Below, one piece after another: positions 36,522 to 47,967 of a stretch of DNA of 49,143 nucleotides; the first letter of the stretch is position 1; each line of letters starts with the position of its first letter. Both the position numbers and the translations under genes were made by a program. This DNA is from Basidiobolus meristosporus CBS 931.73 (lineage: Eukaryota; Fungi; Basidiobolomycota): assembly GCA_002104905.1 (NCBI GenBank), contig MCFE01000657.1, forward strand, positions 1 to 49,143, in the 5' to 3' direction. Below the pieces are notes generated by a model, which was given only the letters and a program-made list of their open reading frames with translations, ran no database searches and was not told where the DNA came from.

Positions 36522-36965
36522 CCCAACAAAGAATTATTGAGATGATCCTGTCAAAAGGCCATCACAAAGGTAAAGTCCTGTGACTAAGGGGTACTAATCC
36601 TATTGGGATACCATCTAGACACCCTTGAAAAGTAATCACACCCCAGATTTCACAGAAAACTTTGTTAAAGCTTTTCATCACAACAATGTATAAGTGGCTT
36701 TTGATTGGTTCCCTGCAAATTTGGTCACTTTCTGATCCTGGACACTCTATTGCCTCCTATGTTTGTGTGAATTGATTGGCTATTGCCACTTTTTCACATT
36801 TCTTACTTCCTGATGTGACTGTTTTTCTTACTTTTCATGTATGTGAATTGATTTATTTCCATTGAAGCTTCATTTGTACCTCAATTGCCAATTGTATTGG
36901 CCTATACAGGTCTCTATACCCTACACTAACATTAAGCCCAACCCCACACTCAGCAAGTCACTCCA

Positions 36966-38946
36966 TTAAAATCCACCACTCAATGAATTTTCTGCTGTAA
37001 TGCTCTGGTTCCACAACTTTGGTAGGAACCTAATGGCTTTATGCCACTGTTCATTCACTGGTTCCCACACATCCTGGTCTTCAGCTGGCACTGTAAGGTC
37101 TAGCTCCTCATATGCCAGTCTTTGCAGTAAATCCTTGCAATATTTCAATGCATTTTCTTGAACACTGCTCTTGAAGAAGTGCTGTAACCTCTTGGTGTGC
37201 CTATAAATGTTCCAAAACTCCACTGAAGGCATTGTAATAATCTTTCATGCTCTTGACATTGTAGCCTTGTCTATCAGTGGGGTCTCCACTGTGGCAACAA
37301 TGGAGTATGTGGAGGCTGTGGATGCTCTGGTAAACAAATTGCCTATTTCAGCAAGCTCATTTACCTTGCTGGAGTGAATCTTAACTGGCTGGGCTTCCAA
37401 CTCTTGTGAAAATGGCTGCTTTCTTGTTGGTGATTCTTCTTGGCTAAGATGGGATTCAGTTTGTTTCTGGCTTGCGGCATTAATTGGCAAGAATTGCAGT
37501 TTTTTTTGCATGCCTACCTGACTCTGTCTTGGGTATACATCTTCCCTTTACCTTTTCCTATATCACTGCAAGGTCTCTCACTGCTACTTTGTCTGAGTGC
37601 TTCTTGTAAAGAACTACATTTTCTCCTGGATAAATTCTGCTCTGACACATCTGTTTTGGCCTGCTTGTCCCTTGCTGGCACCCTTCTGGCAACCTAATGT
37701 TTCAGTTCAGCTTGTTTTGAGCTCTCACCGTAGTTGTAATGGGCTCCTGTAAAAGTAGCTGGTGTTTATCACTGCCAGGTCCTTCACTGCTACTTTGACT
37801 GGGTGCTTCTTGAGTGGTTCTACACTTTTTCCTTGGTAAATGTTGTGCTGGTGCATCTGTGTCTGCCTGCTTGTCCCTAATTGGCACTTTTCCAGCTACC
37901 TGATGTCTCATTGTTGTTGGCCTGGAGCTTTTGGCCCTGCTTGTAATGGGCTCTGGAGGAAGCCACTGGTTTTTAGCAATGGCACCCTTGTTCTGCTGTC
38001 TTTGATAGTTGCTGCTATTCTTAAGATACTTTCTTAGCATACCAATGCTGGCCCAAAATCTGTTTGCATATTTGAATCCAGGATAATGCTCATGGAACAA
38101 GTCAGGTACATTCTGCTTGGCCTTGAGTTCCTGATGGTCCCATGATAAGCCTGCCTTTGGGTGATGGTGTGCTGGACTTCTGACAGCCTCTTGTATATTA
38201 ACCCACACTTCATTTTTGCACTCAACAGCTTCACATATCTTCAATGTTTTTTATTTTTTAGGCTTTGGTACTAACACCACATTGTCTCCCTCCCATGCTG
38301 TAATAGGTTTTTCTGTGGGCTTTATCTTTGGGCACTGTTGTTGTGCTTCAAAGGATGTACAGTGTTTGTCTGCTGTTACATCAGGAAATGGCTCAATTCT
38401 TGGCAGTAACATTGAGCTTCTTAAGTTCCTTCTTTGCAGCAAAGATACTGCTTTCTCTAGCTGGGATATTGATTGCTCTACATGCATTTTCTGCTCATCC
38501 TGTTTCTGGACTATTTCCTGATTTCTCTGCGCCATTGCATTTATCCTATCAGCCATTGCACCTAATTGTCTCATTAATGCCTTGGTATGAGCTAACAACA
38601 TATTTGCTGATATTGGTGGTGGTGATGTTATCATGGCCACTTGCTGATCATATACTGAGGATACTGCATTTGCTACATTCTTATCTGCCTGAGCATAACA
38701 GTAAGCTTGTGGCTTTGCAGAGGTTCTCAATTGCCTACTTGACTGAGAGCCTGAGGAGTCCGCAATATTACCTACAATGGGCACACTGTCCACAGGGCCT
38801 TTTTTGGATGTTGCGCTGCTTGTTGCACTGAATGTCACAGCAAGCTGCTGTCTAGCCATTCTTCTGTTGCCATCAGTGGTGAGGTTAGGTTGAGAACCAG
38901 ACAACTTTGCTTTTTTTTTGGCAGCATATTTATCAAAGTGAGTCAT
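36966..38946 (-). pseudogene. Best-preserved copy of the family-D accessory gene
   Basis: ORFs 38251-38946 (ATG start), 37702-38244, 37245-37511 and 36966-37232; may contain introns or frameshifts. Confidence 0.75.
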
Positions 38947-39053
38947 ACCAAAGGGGAAATAGTGTTACATATAAGTGTGTATGTGGTGCCACAACTTTAT
39001 TCATAATGCTTACTATGGCAGGTCATCATTGAATCTTACATTCATGTAATGCA

Positions 39054-41428
39054 ATGTCTCAAATACAAGACTGTCTTCAGTTCACATGAGTATTGACCAA
39101 AAAGTGATATAATAGTATTACATTGTTGAAGGTCAAACTGTTTGCCCCATGAAGAAGATTACTTTGACTCAATGCCATAAGAGAAGAGAAGAAAGACCAT
39201 GTGGCTATTGTGGCAAGCCTCTCAGCCATAAAGCATGCAGACAGCAGAGGAAGTATTACAAGGATCACAGCCAGTGTTTTGCCACCCAAGTCATATTTGA
39301 CCATTTATTGGTCACTACAGTACCAACATTATCTTGCTGACACATTGATACTTCTATATTGGCACCTGGCCAACTTTGTCACCTTGTGCAAACTGAGTCA
39401 GGTGAGTTTGTGATGCCTTTAGGCTCATCTTAGCCTTCTGAATATGGCATGCAGAGTGATAGCTCTGACAAAGAAGGTTCACTGATGGATTTTGAGCCTA
39501 TCTCCCCTATCAACAGTACCATGTATGAGCCCAGTCAAATCCCTATATCCAATGAGACAACACCCATTGACACAAATGCCAAGAATGCTTAATTGAGCCA
39601 AGTGAGCCCAGTAATCTATCTACTAGTGAATGATATAATGTTGTGGATAGAGAAGTGGCGCATTTCCACTAATATCAGCAATGCGGGCTTTGAGGATATA
39701 TTACTACTTCTTGCCAAAATTATACTGGGATGCAACTTACTGCGTACATGGTACAATTGGACAATTGTTATGCAGCTGGCAACATATGATTCAGAGACTG
39801 TCCTGATTCCAGCATGTGTTAACAGTTGCATGGCATTCACATCTAAAAATGCTACCATTGCAACATGTCCAAATTGTCAGGAATCCACCACCATTGAGGG
39901 AAAACATTGTTCACACTTTGGATATATTTGGTCATACCCTGTCTGAGGATGCTGATGCAGTCCAACTAATATTGCAAAGCTATACAGTACCACACTCAGT
40001 ATTAATCAAGCGCAAACATATCCAATATATTAAATGGCAAACATTACAAACAGCTAAGAAGCAAGGGCTACTTTGAAGGTATGTATGACCATGCCTTTGC
40101 TTTAGCACTTGATGGATTCTCATTAAACAAGTACTCCACCAGCACATCCTGCTGGCCACTGATTCTCATCAATCTGAATCTGCCGCCCATCTTATAGTAT
40201 CAGAGCAATAATCTGATGGTAGTCTCACTGGTATCTGGGCATAAATCACCGTCCAACCTGGATAGCTACCTGTATCCATTGCTGAATGAATTTTGTATGC
40301 TTTCCAGCGGGATAATGGATACAGTGCTGCACTCAGTATCAATCAAGTACAAACATATCCAATATATTTGATGGCAAACATTACAAGTAGCTAATATGCA
40401 AGGGCTACTTTGAAGGTATGTATGTCCATGCCTTTACTTTAGCACTTGATGGATTCTCATTAAACAAGTACTCTTACAGCAAATCCTGCTGGCCACTGAT
40501 TTTCATCAGTCTGAATCTGCCACCCATCTTGCAGTATCAGAGCAATAATTGGATGGTAGTCTCACTGGTATCTAGGCCTAAATCACCATCCAACCTGGAT
40601 AGATACCTGTATTCATTGCTGAAAGCATTTTAATGCTTTCCAATGGGATAACATTAAATGGCTATCATGTAAAAGCACATATTGTTATCTGTATTGGATA
40701 TACCCCAGCCATCTGCAAGATAGCAGGTTTTTCTGGGCACAATGAATGGTATTACTGTCAAATATATGAGATCCAGGGGATTTACTCCATAACTCACACA
40801 CATTATTATTACCCAAACACCAGCACTAAGAACATCATCTTCCCACACAGAGAACATACAGAAGTAAGCGTGCAATTGCAGCAAAGTTGGCAAGCTATAA
40901 GTCATTGGCCAGAATATGGAATCATTCAAAAACTGGAGATACTTAAGATAGATGGTATCTGTTGGAGCAAAAGCTCTCCACTGGGAGCAATGCATTTGCT
41001 TTTCAACAATATCCCTATACTGATGACCAAGTTGTACATGGGGCATTTCAAGCTTAATGAGCCCTTTGAGATACCGGAGAAATTTGAAAGAATTGGCAAG
41101 ATATTACGGAGTTTCCTCTACCCTAAGTACTTCTCATGGGCTCTAATTATCATTCATACTCAATTGCAACAATACAAATGCAAAGACTGGATGAACTGGA
41201 TATGTATTTCTTCACGTGGTGTTCTGAAGCAATTCCTATCAAGAGTACATTGGAAGCATTGGGAGTCATATGTGGACATTGTAGGATTATTTATCCAGAA
41301 GCAGATCACCAATGCCAGCTTGATGCATCTACAGCTGTTGTGTGAGGAGTTTGTGGCAGGATTTGAGTGGCTACACTACAAACATAAAGCTGAACAGGTA
41401 GATCTCTGCCACTACAGTATCCTTCCTC
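39054..41428 (+). pseudogene. CACTA Tnp2-like transposase of D5, including the 267-aa ORF 40633-41436
   Basis: HIVICIGYTPAICKIAGFSGHNEWYYCQIYEIQG, GAMHLLFNNI, YKCKDWMNW, HWKHWESYV. Confidence 0.85.
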
Positions 41429-41557
41429 TGTTGTAAAATTTGTAATTCCACCTAAATATTCACCTAACTTAGTCACTTAGATCATTACCTTCAAATCCTA
41501 GTGAATACTGACCAAATTTCTTCTTGGGGTTTACATAGAATATTTTTACCAAAATAC
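41429..41557 (+). repeat. 5' part of a family-A LTR inserted in the D5 transposase and interrupted by copia B4
   Basis: TGTTGTAAAATTTG start with no PPT in front; A-LTR core sequence. Confidence 0.88.
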
Positions 41558-43095
41558 TGTTGCAATTTAAGAAGTGATTTGGATATAAGGAACTTATCAA
41601 GAAATAGTGATAATAGTTGAACTGTTGTTTATTCATAAAGAAGCTCAGTATTTATACCTTTGTAGAAGTAATACAGCTGCAACACTAAGTAGGGAGGGTT
41701 TCTCAATATTTAGGAGCATTCTGTAACAGTTTCAGGGTTAGTACATAATGTTTGGTAATAGTGCTAATTTGATCCTGACTATAGGGGAATAATCATAAGA
41801 TCATATATCTGGAGAAAGTGGCGAAGTTAAGGCAGTAAATGAGTCCTACAGTGACTAAGACTATCCTAGAATTGTTAAGTAAATTTTTAGCTGCTGAATG
41901 ATACCAAATAGTCCAATATTTCAACACTCCCCCTCAACTAAATAATTTCTTAATCCCAATTTCTCTCTAAGGATCTCAAACTGTGGCCTAGCTAGTGGTT
42001 TTGTCAATATGTCTGCCACCATTTTGTCAGTTGGGCAGTAAACCAGCTCCACTAAGTTATTTTCTACAGCTTCCCTCACAAAGTGATGCTGTATATCAAT
42101 GTGCTTAGTTCTGGCATGATTAGTAGGATTTCTAGCTAATGAAATACAACTTTGATTATCCTTGTAAATACATGTTGGTTCACCTGAATTAAAACCTAAG
42201 TCTTTGAATAATTTTCGTAGCCATATAGCCTCCTTAGTTGCTTGACATGCAGCCATATATTCGGCTTCAGTTGTAGATAGTGCCACAGTTGGTTGTTTCT
42301 TGCAATTCCAAGTAATAGCTGCACCAGCATAAAGAAATACATAGCCTGTGGTAGAGCATCTGTCAATCAAATCCCTACCCCAATCTGAATCACTATAACC
42401 ATCAAATTTTTGCCTATTTGCTGCTCCAGAGTATTCCAGTACCATATTTATGGTACCTTGTAGATATCTGAAAATCCGCTTAACTGCTGCAATTTGATCT
42501 GATCCATAATTCTGCATGAATTGACTGACTATTCCAACTGCTACTGCAATATCTGGACGAGTAGACACCATCAAGTACATTAGGCTACCGACCATTGATT
42601 GATAGGGAAAGTTTTGGTCCATATTTGAGCCGTTTTCATCCATAACTGGCTGCGATTTGCTTAATTTCAGGTTATTGTCCATAGGGGTTGCTGCAGGTTT
42701 GCAATTTTCCATTTTGAAGCGTCTAAGAATGTCCCTGATGTACTTAGACTGATTCAGCACAATTTTCTGCGTAGGTATGTCAAAGTTGACCTCAATTCCA
42801 AGAAAATAGCTCAATTTTCCAAGAGCTTTCATCTCAAACTTGCTGAAGAGATCTGATTTCGTCTGTTTAAGTGCCTCTTGATCACTTGTAGCTATAATTA
42901 GGTCGTCCACATAAAGAACTAGGATGATCACACCCTTTTTGAGCTGTTTCACATATATACTGTGATCTGCAGTGCTACGAGAGAACCCAATTTCCTCTAG
43001 ATATGTGTCAATCTTGTTATACCATGCTCTGGGTGCCTGCTTAAGCCCATACAACGATTTTCTAAGTTTGCACACCTTATGGGGGCACAGCTTGA
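41558..43095 (-). mobile_element. Copia B copy B4, 3' part (RT-RNase H, PPT 41927-41935, 3' LTR 41558-41926)
   Basis: 369-bp TGTTG...CAACA LTR; GAGGGGGAG PPT. Confidence 0.93.
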
Positions 43096-43108
43096 CAGAG
43101 TGTTTCAT
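41921..43108 (-). CDS. pol: Copia RT C-terminal part plus RNase H (open frame; first few codons come from unrelated sequence)
   Basis: KSLYGLKQAPRAW, LYVDD, GYSDSDWG, STTEAEY, KHIDI, ADILTKPL; frame ends LVEGEC with the stop inside the LTR. Confidence 0.92.
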   Translation of the reverse strand: MKHSVKLCPHKVCKLRKSLYGLKQAPRAWYNKIDTYLEEIGFSRSTADHSIYVKQLKKGVIILVLYVDDLIIATSDQEALKQTKSDLFSKFEMKALGKLSYFLGIEVNFDIPTQKIVLNQSKYIRDILRRFKMENCKPAATPMDNNLKLSKSQPVMDENGSNMDQNFPYQSMVGSLMYLMVSTRPDIAVAVGIVSQFMQNYGSDQIAAVKRIFRYLQGTINMVLEYSGAANRQKFDGYSDSDWGRDLIDRCSTTGYVFLYAGAAITWNCKKQPTVALSTTEAEYMAACQATKEAIWLRKLFKDLGFNSGEPTCIYKDNQSCISLARNPTNHARTKHIDIQHHFVREAVENNLVELVYCPTDKMVADILTKPLARPQFEILREKLGLRNYLVEGEC

Positions 43109-43385
43109 CCTGAGCTACAAGCTTCCTGGCATCATCACAGATAATCTTCTTGATATCAACATCCACCACATTGGGAAGAGCTTGGTTGTCCACGTACTTT
43201 GGTAATAAGCTAGGTCAATCTGACTTGTGCACCAGATTTAGTTGTGCAACTTGTTCTAGTTTTCATAAGGCATCTGCAACCATGTTATTTTACTAAGACA
43301 GTAGACAATCCCTAGGTCTGATTGCTAACTGTATTATTTCCATCTTGTTATACTCCTGGATAGTACCTTCAGAGTAAGTATGTAC
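43096..43385 (-). pseudogene. pol: Second gypsy family remnant (RNase H end and linker)
   Basis: Minus strand homologous to 26410-26590 (GCTTATTACCAAAG...AAGAAGATTATC) and reads N.VADAL. Confidence 0.65.
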
Positions 43386-43934
43386 TAAGTGAATCCAGAC
43401 CAGCTGTCAGGATCCCAATTAGACACCATCATAATACCAGCAAGCTGAAATTAGTGACCCTTTTAACAATCTTATAACAGGATCACAACAGTTTTTTGCT
43501 AATTTCATGACCAAATAAAGGGATAAAACTTGACAAGATTTGATTGGTGCTGTGACAATAATTGCATGGGATTTTTGTGCTCTACCACTATTTTAAGTGG
43601 ATCCAACTGGCCAGAACATCCAATTGCCTTGTATGGCAAGAAACTTGACAGTTTTTGATGGCCTCACAGCAAGACTCTGATGGCATTATATTGGCAGTAT
43701 GATGGCCTACAGCCGGTTCTTTATAGTGCTACTGTACCAATTCACCAAATGGTATTTCTTTTTTCTACCTCCCCTTGTCCAATTTGTATATTCCACTTTA
43801 GAATCACCCCTCTTTATTTGCTTACCTACTACTACCTTGGGTATTCCTCCTATAGCTTGAATCAAAAAAACTATGACCTCCTGCTTACTAACCTCTACAA
43901 ATGTGCTCACCTGCTGCAATTGAGATACTTTTAT
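43386..43934 (-). mobile_element. Family-D transposase C-terminus and right subterminal fragment
   Basis: VEVSKQEVIVFLIQAIGGIPKVVVGKQIKRG matches 14018-14353. Confidence 0.75.
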
Positions 43935-44172
43935 TGTTGCAAAAGTCTTGGAGATATTGGAAGTGATTGGGAGAACAAGTAGATTATGTGGTTTTCACTT
44001 AATGATTTATTGAATGTAAAAGTAGTATTTATACTTTTACCTGGTGTTGGCATTGTTGTAAGAGTCTTGGAGATATTGGAAGTGATTGGGAGAACAAGTA
44101 GATTATGTGGTTTTCACTTAATGATTTATTGAATGTAAAAGTGGTATTTATACTTTTACCTGGTCTTGGCAT
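43935..44172 (-). repeat. 119-bp tandem duplication of the distal part of the A3 3' LTR
   Basis: 43935-44053 and 44054-44172 are near-identical, each with a TGTTG end and a TATA box. Confidence 0.92.
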
Positions 44173-44702
44173 TACAAACACGTAGAATAGGTTAAGGAAG
44201 GTCCCAAGAACATGTGTGCAAAGTTTGGGGCTGTTTGGACAACTTTGAGAATTTTCATGTTCTGGGTACCTGGTATTTTGGTGAAAATATTCTAAGTAAA
44301 TCCCGACAAGAAATTTGGTCAGTATTTTCTAGGATTTGAAGGTAATGATCTAAGTGACTAAGTTAGGTGAATATTTAGGTGGAAATACGAATTTTTTACA
44401 ACACTCCCACTCAGCTAAATGTTCATACTGACTAGTCCTAATTTTGACCTAAGATATTCAAACTTGTCTCTAGCTAATGGTTTGGTAAATATGTCTGCAA
44501 TCATTTCATCTGTAGGACAGTAAACTAATCTAACTAAGTTACTCTCTATAGCTTCACGTATGAAATGATGTCTAATATCTATGTGCTTGGTTCTAGCATG
44601 AAAAGTTGGATTTCTACCTAATTGTACACATCCTTGATTATCTTGAAATAAAGTAATAGGCGTTTTTTGACATAGGCCTAAATCTGTAAACAGCTTTCTT
44701 AA

Positions 44703-46883
44703 TCACATTGCTTCTTTTGTAGCCTCACAGGCTGCCATATATTCTGCCTCTGTAGTAGAAAGTGCTACGGTTGGTTGCTTTCTTGAATTCCATGAAATTG
44801 CTCCTTTACAGTAAAGAAAGGTGTATCCTGTGGTGGATCTTCTGTCTTCTAAATTTCGTCCCCAATCAGCATCAGAGTATCCCACAAGATCCTGTTCTGA
44901 ATCCTTATAAGTGTATCTTAAGCAGATATCAGCAGTTCCTTTTAGGTATCTAAAAATCCGCTTAACTGCTGCAATATGATCAGATCCATAATTCTGATTA
45001 TGTTGGCTGACAACTCCCACTGAATATGAGATATCTGGACGTGTTCCAAGCATGATATACATCAGACTGCCGACCATAGATTGATAAGGAAAGTCAGGGC
45101 TTTCAGATGGCACCAAGCTCTCTTGATTTGGTTGAGTTTTGACCAAGTTAAGGTTTGTCTCCATTGGGGTAGCTGCCGGTTTACAGTCTTCCATTTTGTA
45201 CTTCTTTAGTATGTCTTGAATATACTTGGATTGGCTTAGGGTAATAGTCTGGGTACTTCTGTCTATGGAGAACTTAATCCCTAAGTAGTAACTGAGTTCT
45301 CCTAGATCGCACATCTTGAACTCCTTAGATAGGCTGGATTTAGTCTCTTCCAATGTTTCTAGGTTATTGGTGGCTATAATAAGATCATCCACATATAGAG
45401 CTAATAGAACTGGATTTGCTCTATCTGGCTTATAGTATATACTATAGTCAGCATTACTCCTTTTGAAACTCAAAGATTCCAAATAAGAATCTATCTTGCA
45501 ATTCCAGGCTCTCGGTGATTGTTTGAGACCATATAGTGACTTTTTAAGCTTGCAGACCAAATGGGGGTTATCTTGGTCAACAAACCCATCAGGCTGGTCC
45601 ATATACATGTCCTCATCAAGTTCTCCATTCAAAAATGCAGTTTTTACATCCATTTGATGAATAAAAAACTTATACTTGGCTGCAATAGCCAATATTAATC
45701 TGATGGAATTAAACTTGGCTACCGGTGCAAAGGTCTCAGTATAGTCAAGTCCTTTTGTTTGAGAGTATCCTTTGGCTACAAGTCTTGCTTTGTATCTTTC
45801 AATTGTACCATCAGCCTTGTACTTTGTCTTGAAGACCCATCTGCATCCAATTGATTTTTGGTTGATTGGTAATTTGACTAAGTCCCAAGTTTGATTTTCC
45901 ATCAGGGCCTGATATTCCTCAGTCATTGCAGATCTCCAAAACTTCGTCTGAGGGCTATTTAGGGCCTCTTTTACAGTCTGGGGTTCATCAATATGGACTG
46001 AATAGGCATAGGCTAAGTTTGTACCCTCATTAATATAGTAATTTGGGCTATTTCTTGTCCGATTTGATCTCCGGGCATTTGATACTGGAATGATCACTTC
46101 TGGGATATTCCTGGGCACTGATTCTGGCTGAACCACGGTTGTAGAGTCCTCTGGAGTGAAAAAATTTTCATTGCTTTGCTCTGATTCAATCCTGACAATT
46201 GGTGGACTTGAGATCAAATTTTCGTCATCATCTGATGTCATTTTTTGTGAAAATTTTGAATTTTCATCAAACAACACATCCCTGGACTTGATCAGCTTCT
46301 TTGCTTTGGTATTGTAGAGTCTGTATGCCGTACTCTCATTGCAGTAGCCCAAAAATATGCATTTTACACTTTTTGGCTCAAATTTTGACTGATTTCTGGC
46401 CAGTTTTTTGGCATATGCTGTACACCCAAATATTCTTAGATGTTCTGCACTTGGTCTGTGTCCATACCATGCTTCAAATGGAGTAGAATCACGAAGTATT
46501 CTGTTATAACTCCTATTTTTAAGATATACAGCAGTGGCAACTGATTCCGCCCAAAAATCATAGGATAATTTTTGATCATGGATCATAGATCTTGCCATAT
46601 CAATCATTGATCTGTTAGCTTGTTCTGCTACTCCATTTTGCTGTGGGGAGTATGGTACACTAGTCTCTTGCTTTATCCCATGAATTTTGCAGAAGTGGAT
46701 GAAGAGTTTTGAGGTATATTCTCCACCATTGTCAGAGCGTATTTTCTTGATTTTTTCACCAGTTTCTCTCTCCACCATGGCTTTAAACTCCCTTAGCTTA
46801 GACAGAGCTTCTTCCTTTCTCTCCATGAAGTAGACCCATGTGTATCTTGTATAATCATCAATAAAAGTGATTAAATACTTCAT
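44703..46883 (-). CDS. pol: Integrase-RT-RNase H part of A3 pol (726 aa; ends at a TGG>TGA stop, frame continues to about 44415)
   Basis: [46 protein letters not shown]. Confidence 0.95.
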   Translation of the reverse strand: MKYLITFIDDYTRYTWVYFMERKEEALSKLREFKAMVERETGEKIKKIRSDNGGEYTSKLFIHFCKIHGIKQETSVPYSPQQNGVAEQANRSMIDMARSMIHDQKLSYDFWAESVATAVYLKNRSYNRILRDSTPFEAWYGHRPSAEHLRIFGCTAYAKKLARNQSKFEPKSVKCIFLGYCNESTAYRLYNTKAKKLIKSRDVLFDENSKFSQKMTSDDDENLISSPPIVRIESEQSNENFFTPEDSTTVVQPESVPRNIPEVIIPVSNARRSNRTRNSPNYYINEGTNLAYAYSVHIDEPQTVKEALNSPQTKFWRSAMTEEYQALMENQTWDLVKLPINQKSIGCRWVFKTKYKADGTIERYKARLVAKGYSQTKGLDYTETFAPVAKFNSIRLILAIAAKYKFFIHQMDVKTAFLNGELDEDMYMDQPDGFVDQDNPHLVCKLKKSLYGLKQSPRAWNCKIDSYLESLSFKRSNADYSIYYKPDRANPVLLALYVDDLIIATNNLETLEETKSSLSKEFKMCDLGELSYYLGIKFSIDRSTQTITLSQSKYIQDILKKYKMEDCKPAATPMETNLNLVKTQPNQESLVPSESPDFPYQSMVGSLMYIMLGTRPDISYSVGVVSQHNQNYGSDHIAAVKRIFRYLKGTADICLRYTYKDSEQDLVGYSDADWGRNLEDRRSTTGYTFLYCKGAISWNSRKQPTVALSTTEAEYMAACEATKEAM

Positions 46884-46888
46884 CCCGC

Positions 46889-47967
46889 TGTAGTGGGGTC
46901 ACAGTGACACCCACAGGCAGATGTGCTCATTCTTATGCGTTCACTTCCCTAAAAAGGATTACCCCGCCTATATTATTATCATCCCAAATTTGCAATATTT
47001 CCTATTTTTGTCTATGTGATTATTACTATGCAACCTGACAAACTATTTGTCACTATTAACCCATTGCACAAGCTATTCTTATTCCTTGCCGAGATGCCAA
47101 GATAAGATAGTTACCTTATAAGGCAAGTACCCCAACAGTGCCCATGTCACGTGACCATCTTGGTTTCATAATCCCCCATCTCACTACCATAAGAGGCAAC
47201 CACATGACACAGAGGTTTCACGTTACCACTACCTGATTGGCTAGGTGCTACTATGTCTCGTGGAATAATCCGCCAAGAATTTGCGCTATTTTTAGTACAC
47301 AAAGACATGATTGGTTGTCTACTACCTTCTGGAAGCTTCCGGAAAGTATTTTCTAGCAAGAAATTGAGCAGCAAAAAAGTATATAAGGGAGGCTATCCCT
47401 TAAAAATAAATCATCCCTCTTCCAATATTCCAACTTATTGATTAGTGAGATCACCGCTACCTATTACCACTATTTTCTGACTCAGACCTGACGATACTCC
47501 CAGGAAACCGCGCTGACAGCCAACTGACCTTGGAGGCACTACTTGTGAGGAATACTCAGAGTAGGTATATTTTATTATATTGTTTGTTTTCCCAAGTTTG
47601 TTCTTGTACAGGCAAAGATACTTTTCAGTCTTTGTAACTATTGGTCAAAGCTGCATTCTTATCAAGTCCCTGTTGGTGGAGTTTACAGTTGTTTTGACTT
47701 TGGAAGCTTTAGTACATTGTCATCTCAAAGGATGTCGAAGCCATTATAAACTTTTGTTAAGACGCCAACTAAGTTGGGGATTGTAGTTCAATAGTTTTCC
47801 CTTGACAAGCTTGAGGCTTTATCCCCCATCACATTAGATTAGATAAAAGACCCAGTATTCCTAGCAAGCTTTTGCCAGAGGTTATCGCACCCAGTGAACA
47901 CCCCACACACATTCACACTTGAGAAGTGTTGGCCGTATTTTGCCCTTTGGACTTATACACCACCACA
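46889..47967 (+). mobile_element. 1079-bp solo LTR of an unrelated family, inserted in the A3 integrase
   Basis: TGTAGTGG...CCACCACA ends, 4-bp TSD CCGC (46885-46888 and 47968-47971), TATATAA then AATAAA near 47381-47411, no long ORF. Orientation inferred from the TATA/polyA order. Confidence 0.85.

Larger units (their letters stand above)
36522..41428 (+). mobile_element. CACTA-type element D5, right part interrupted by a family-A LTR
   Basis: Degenerate left terminus CCCAACAAAGAATTA followed by the conserved GATCCTGTCAAAAGGCCATCAC block; accessory gene and transposase as in D1. Confidence 0.85.
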
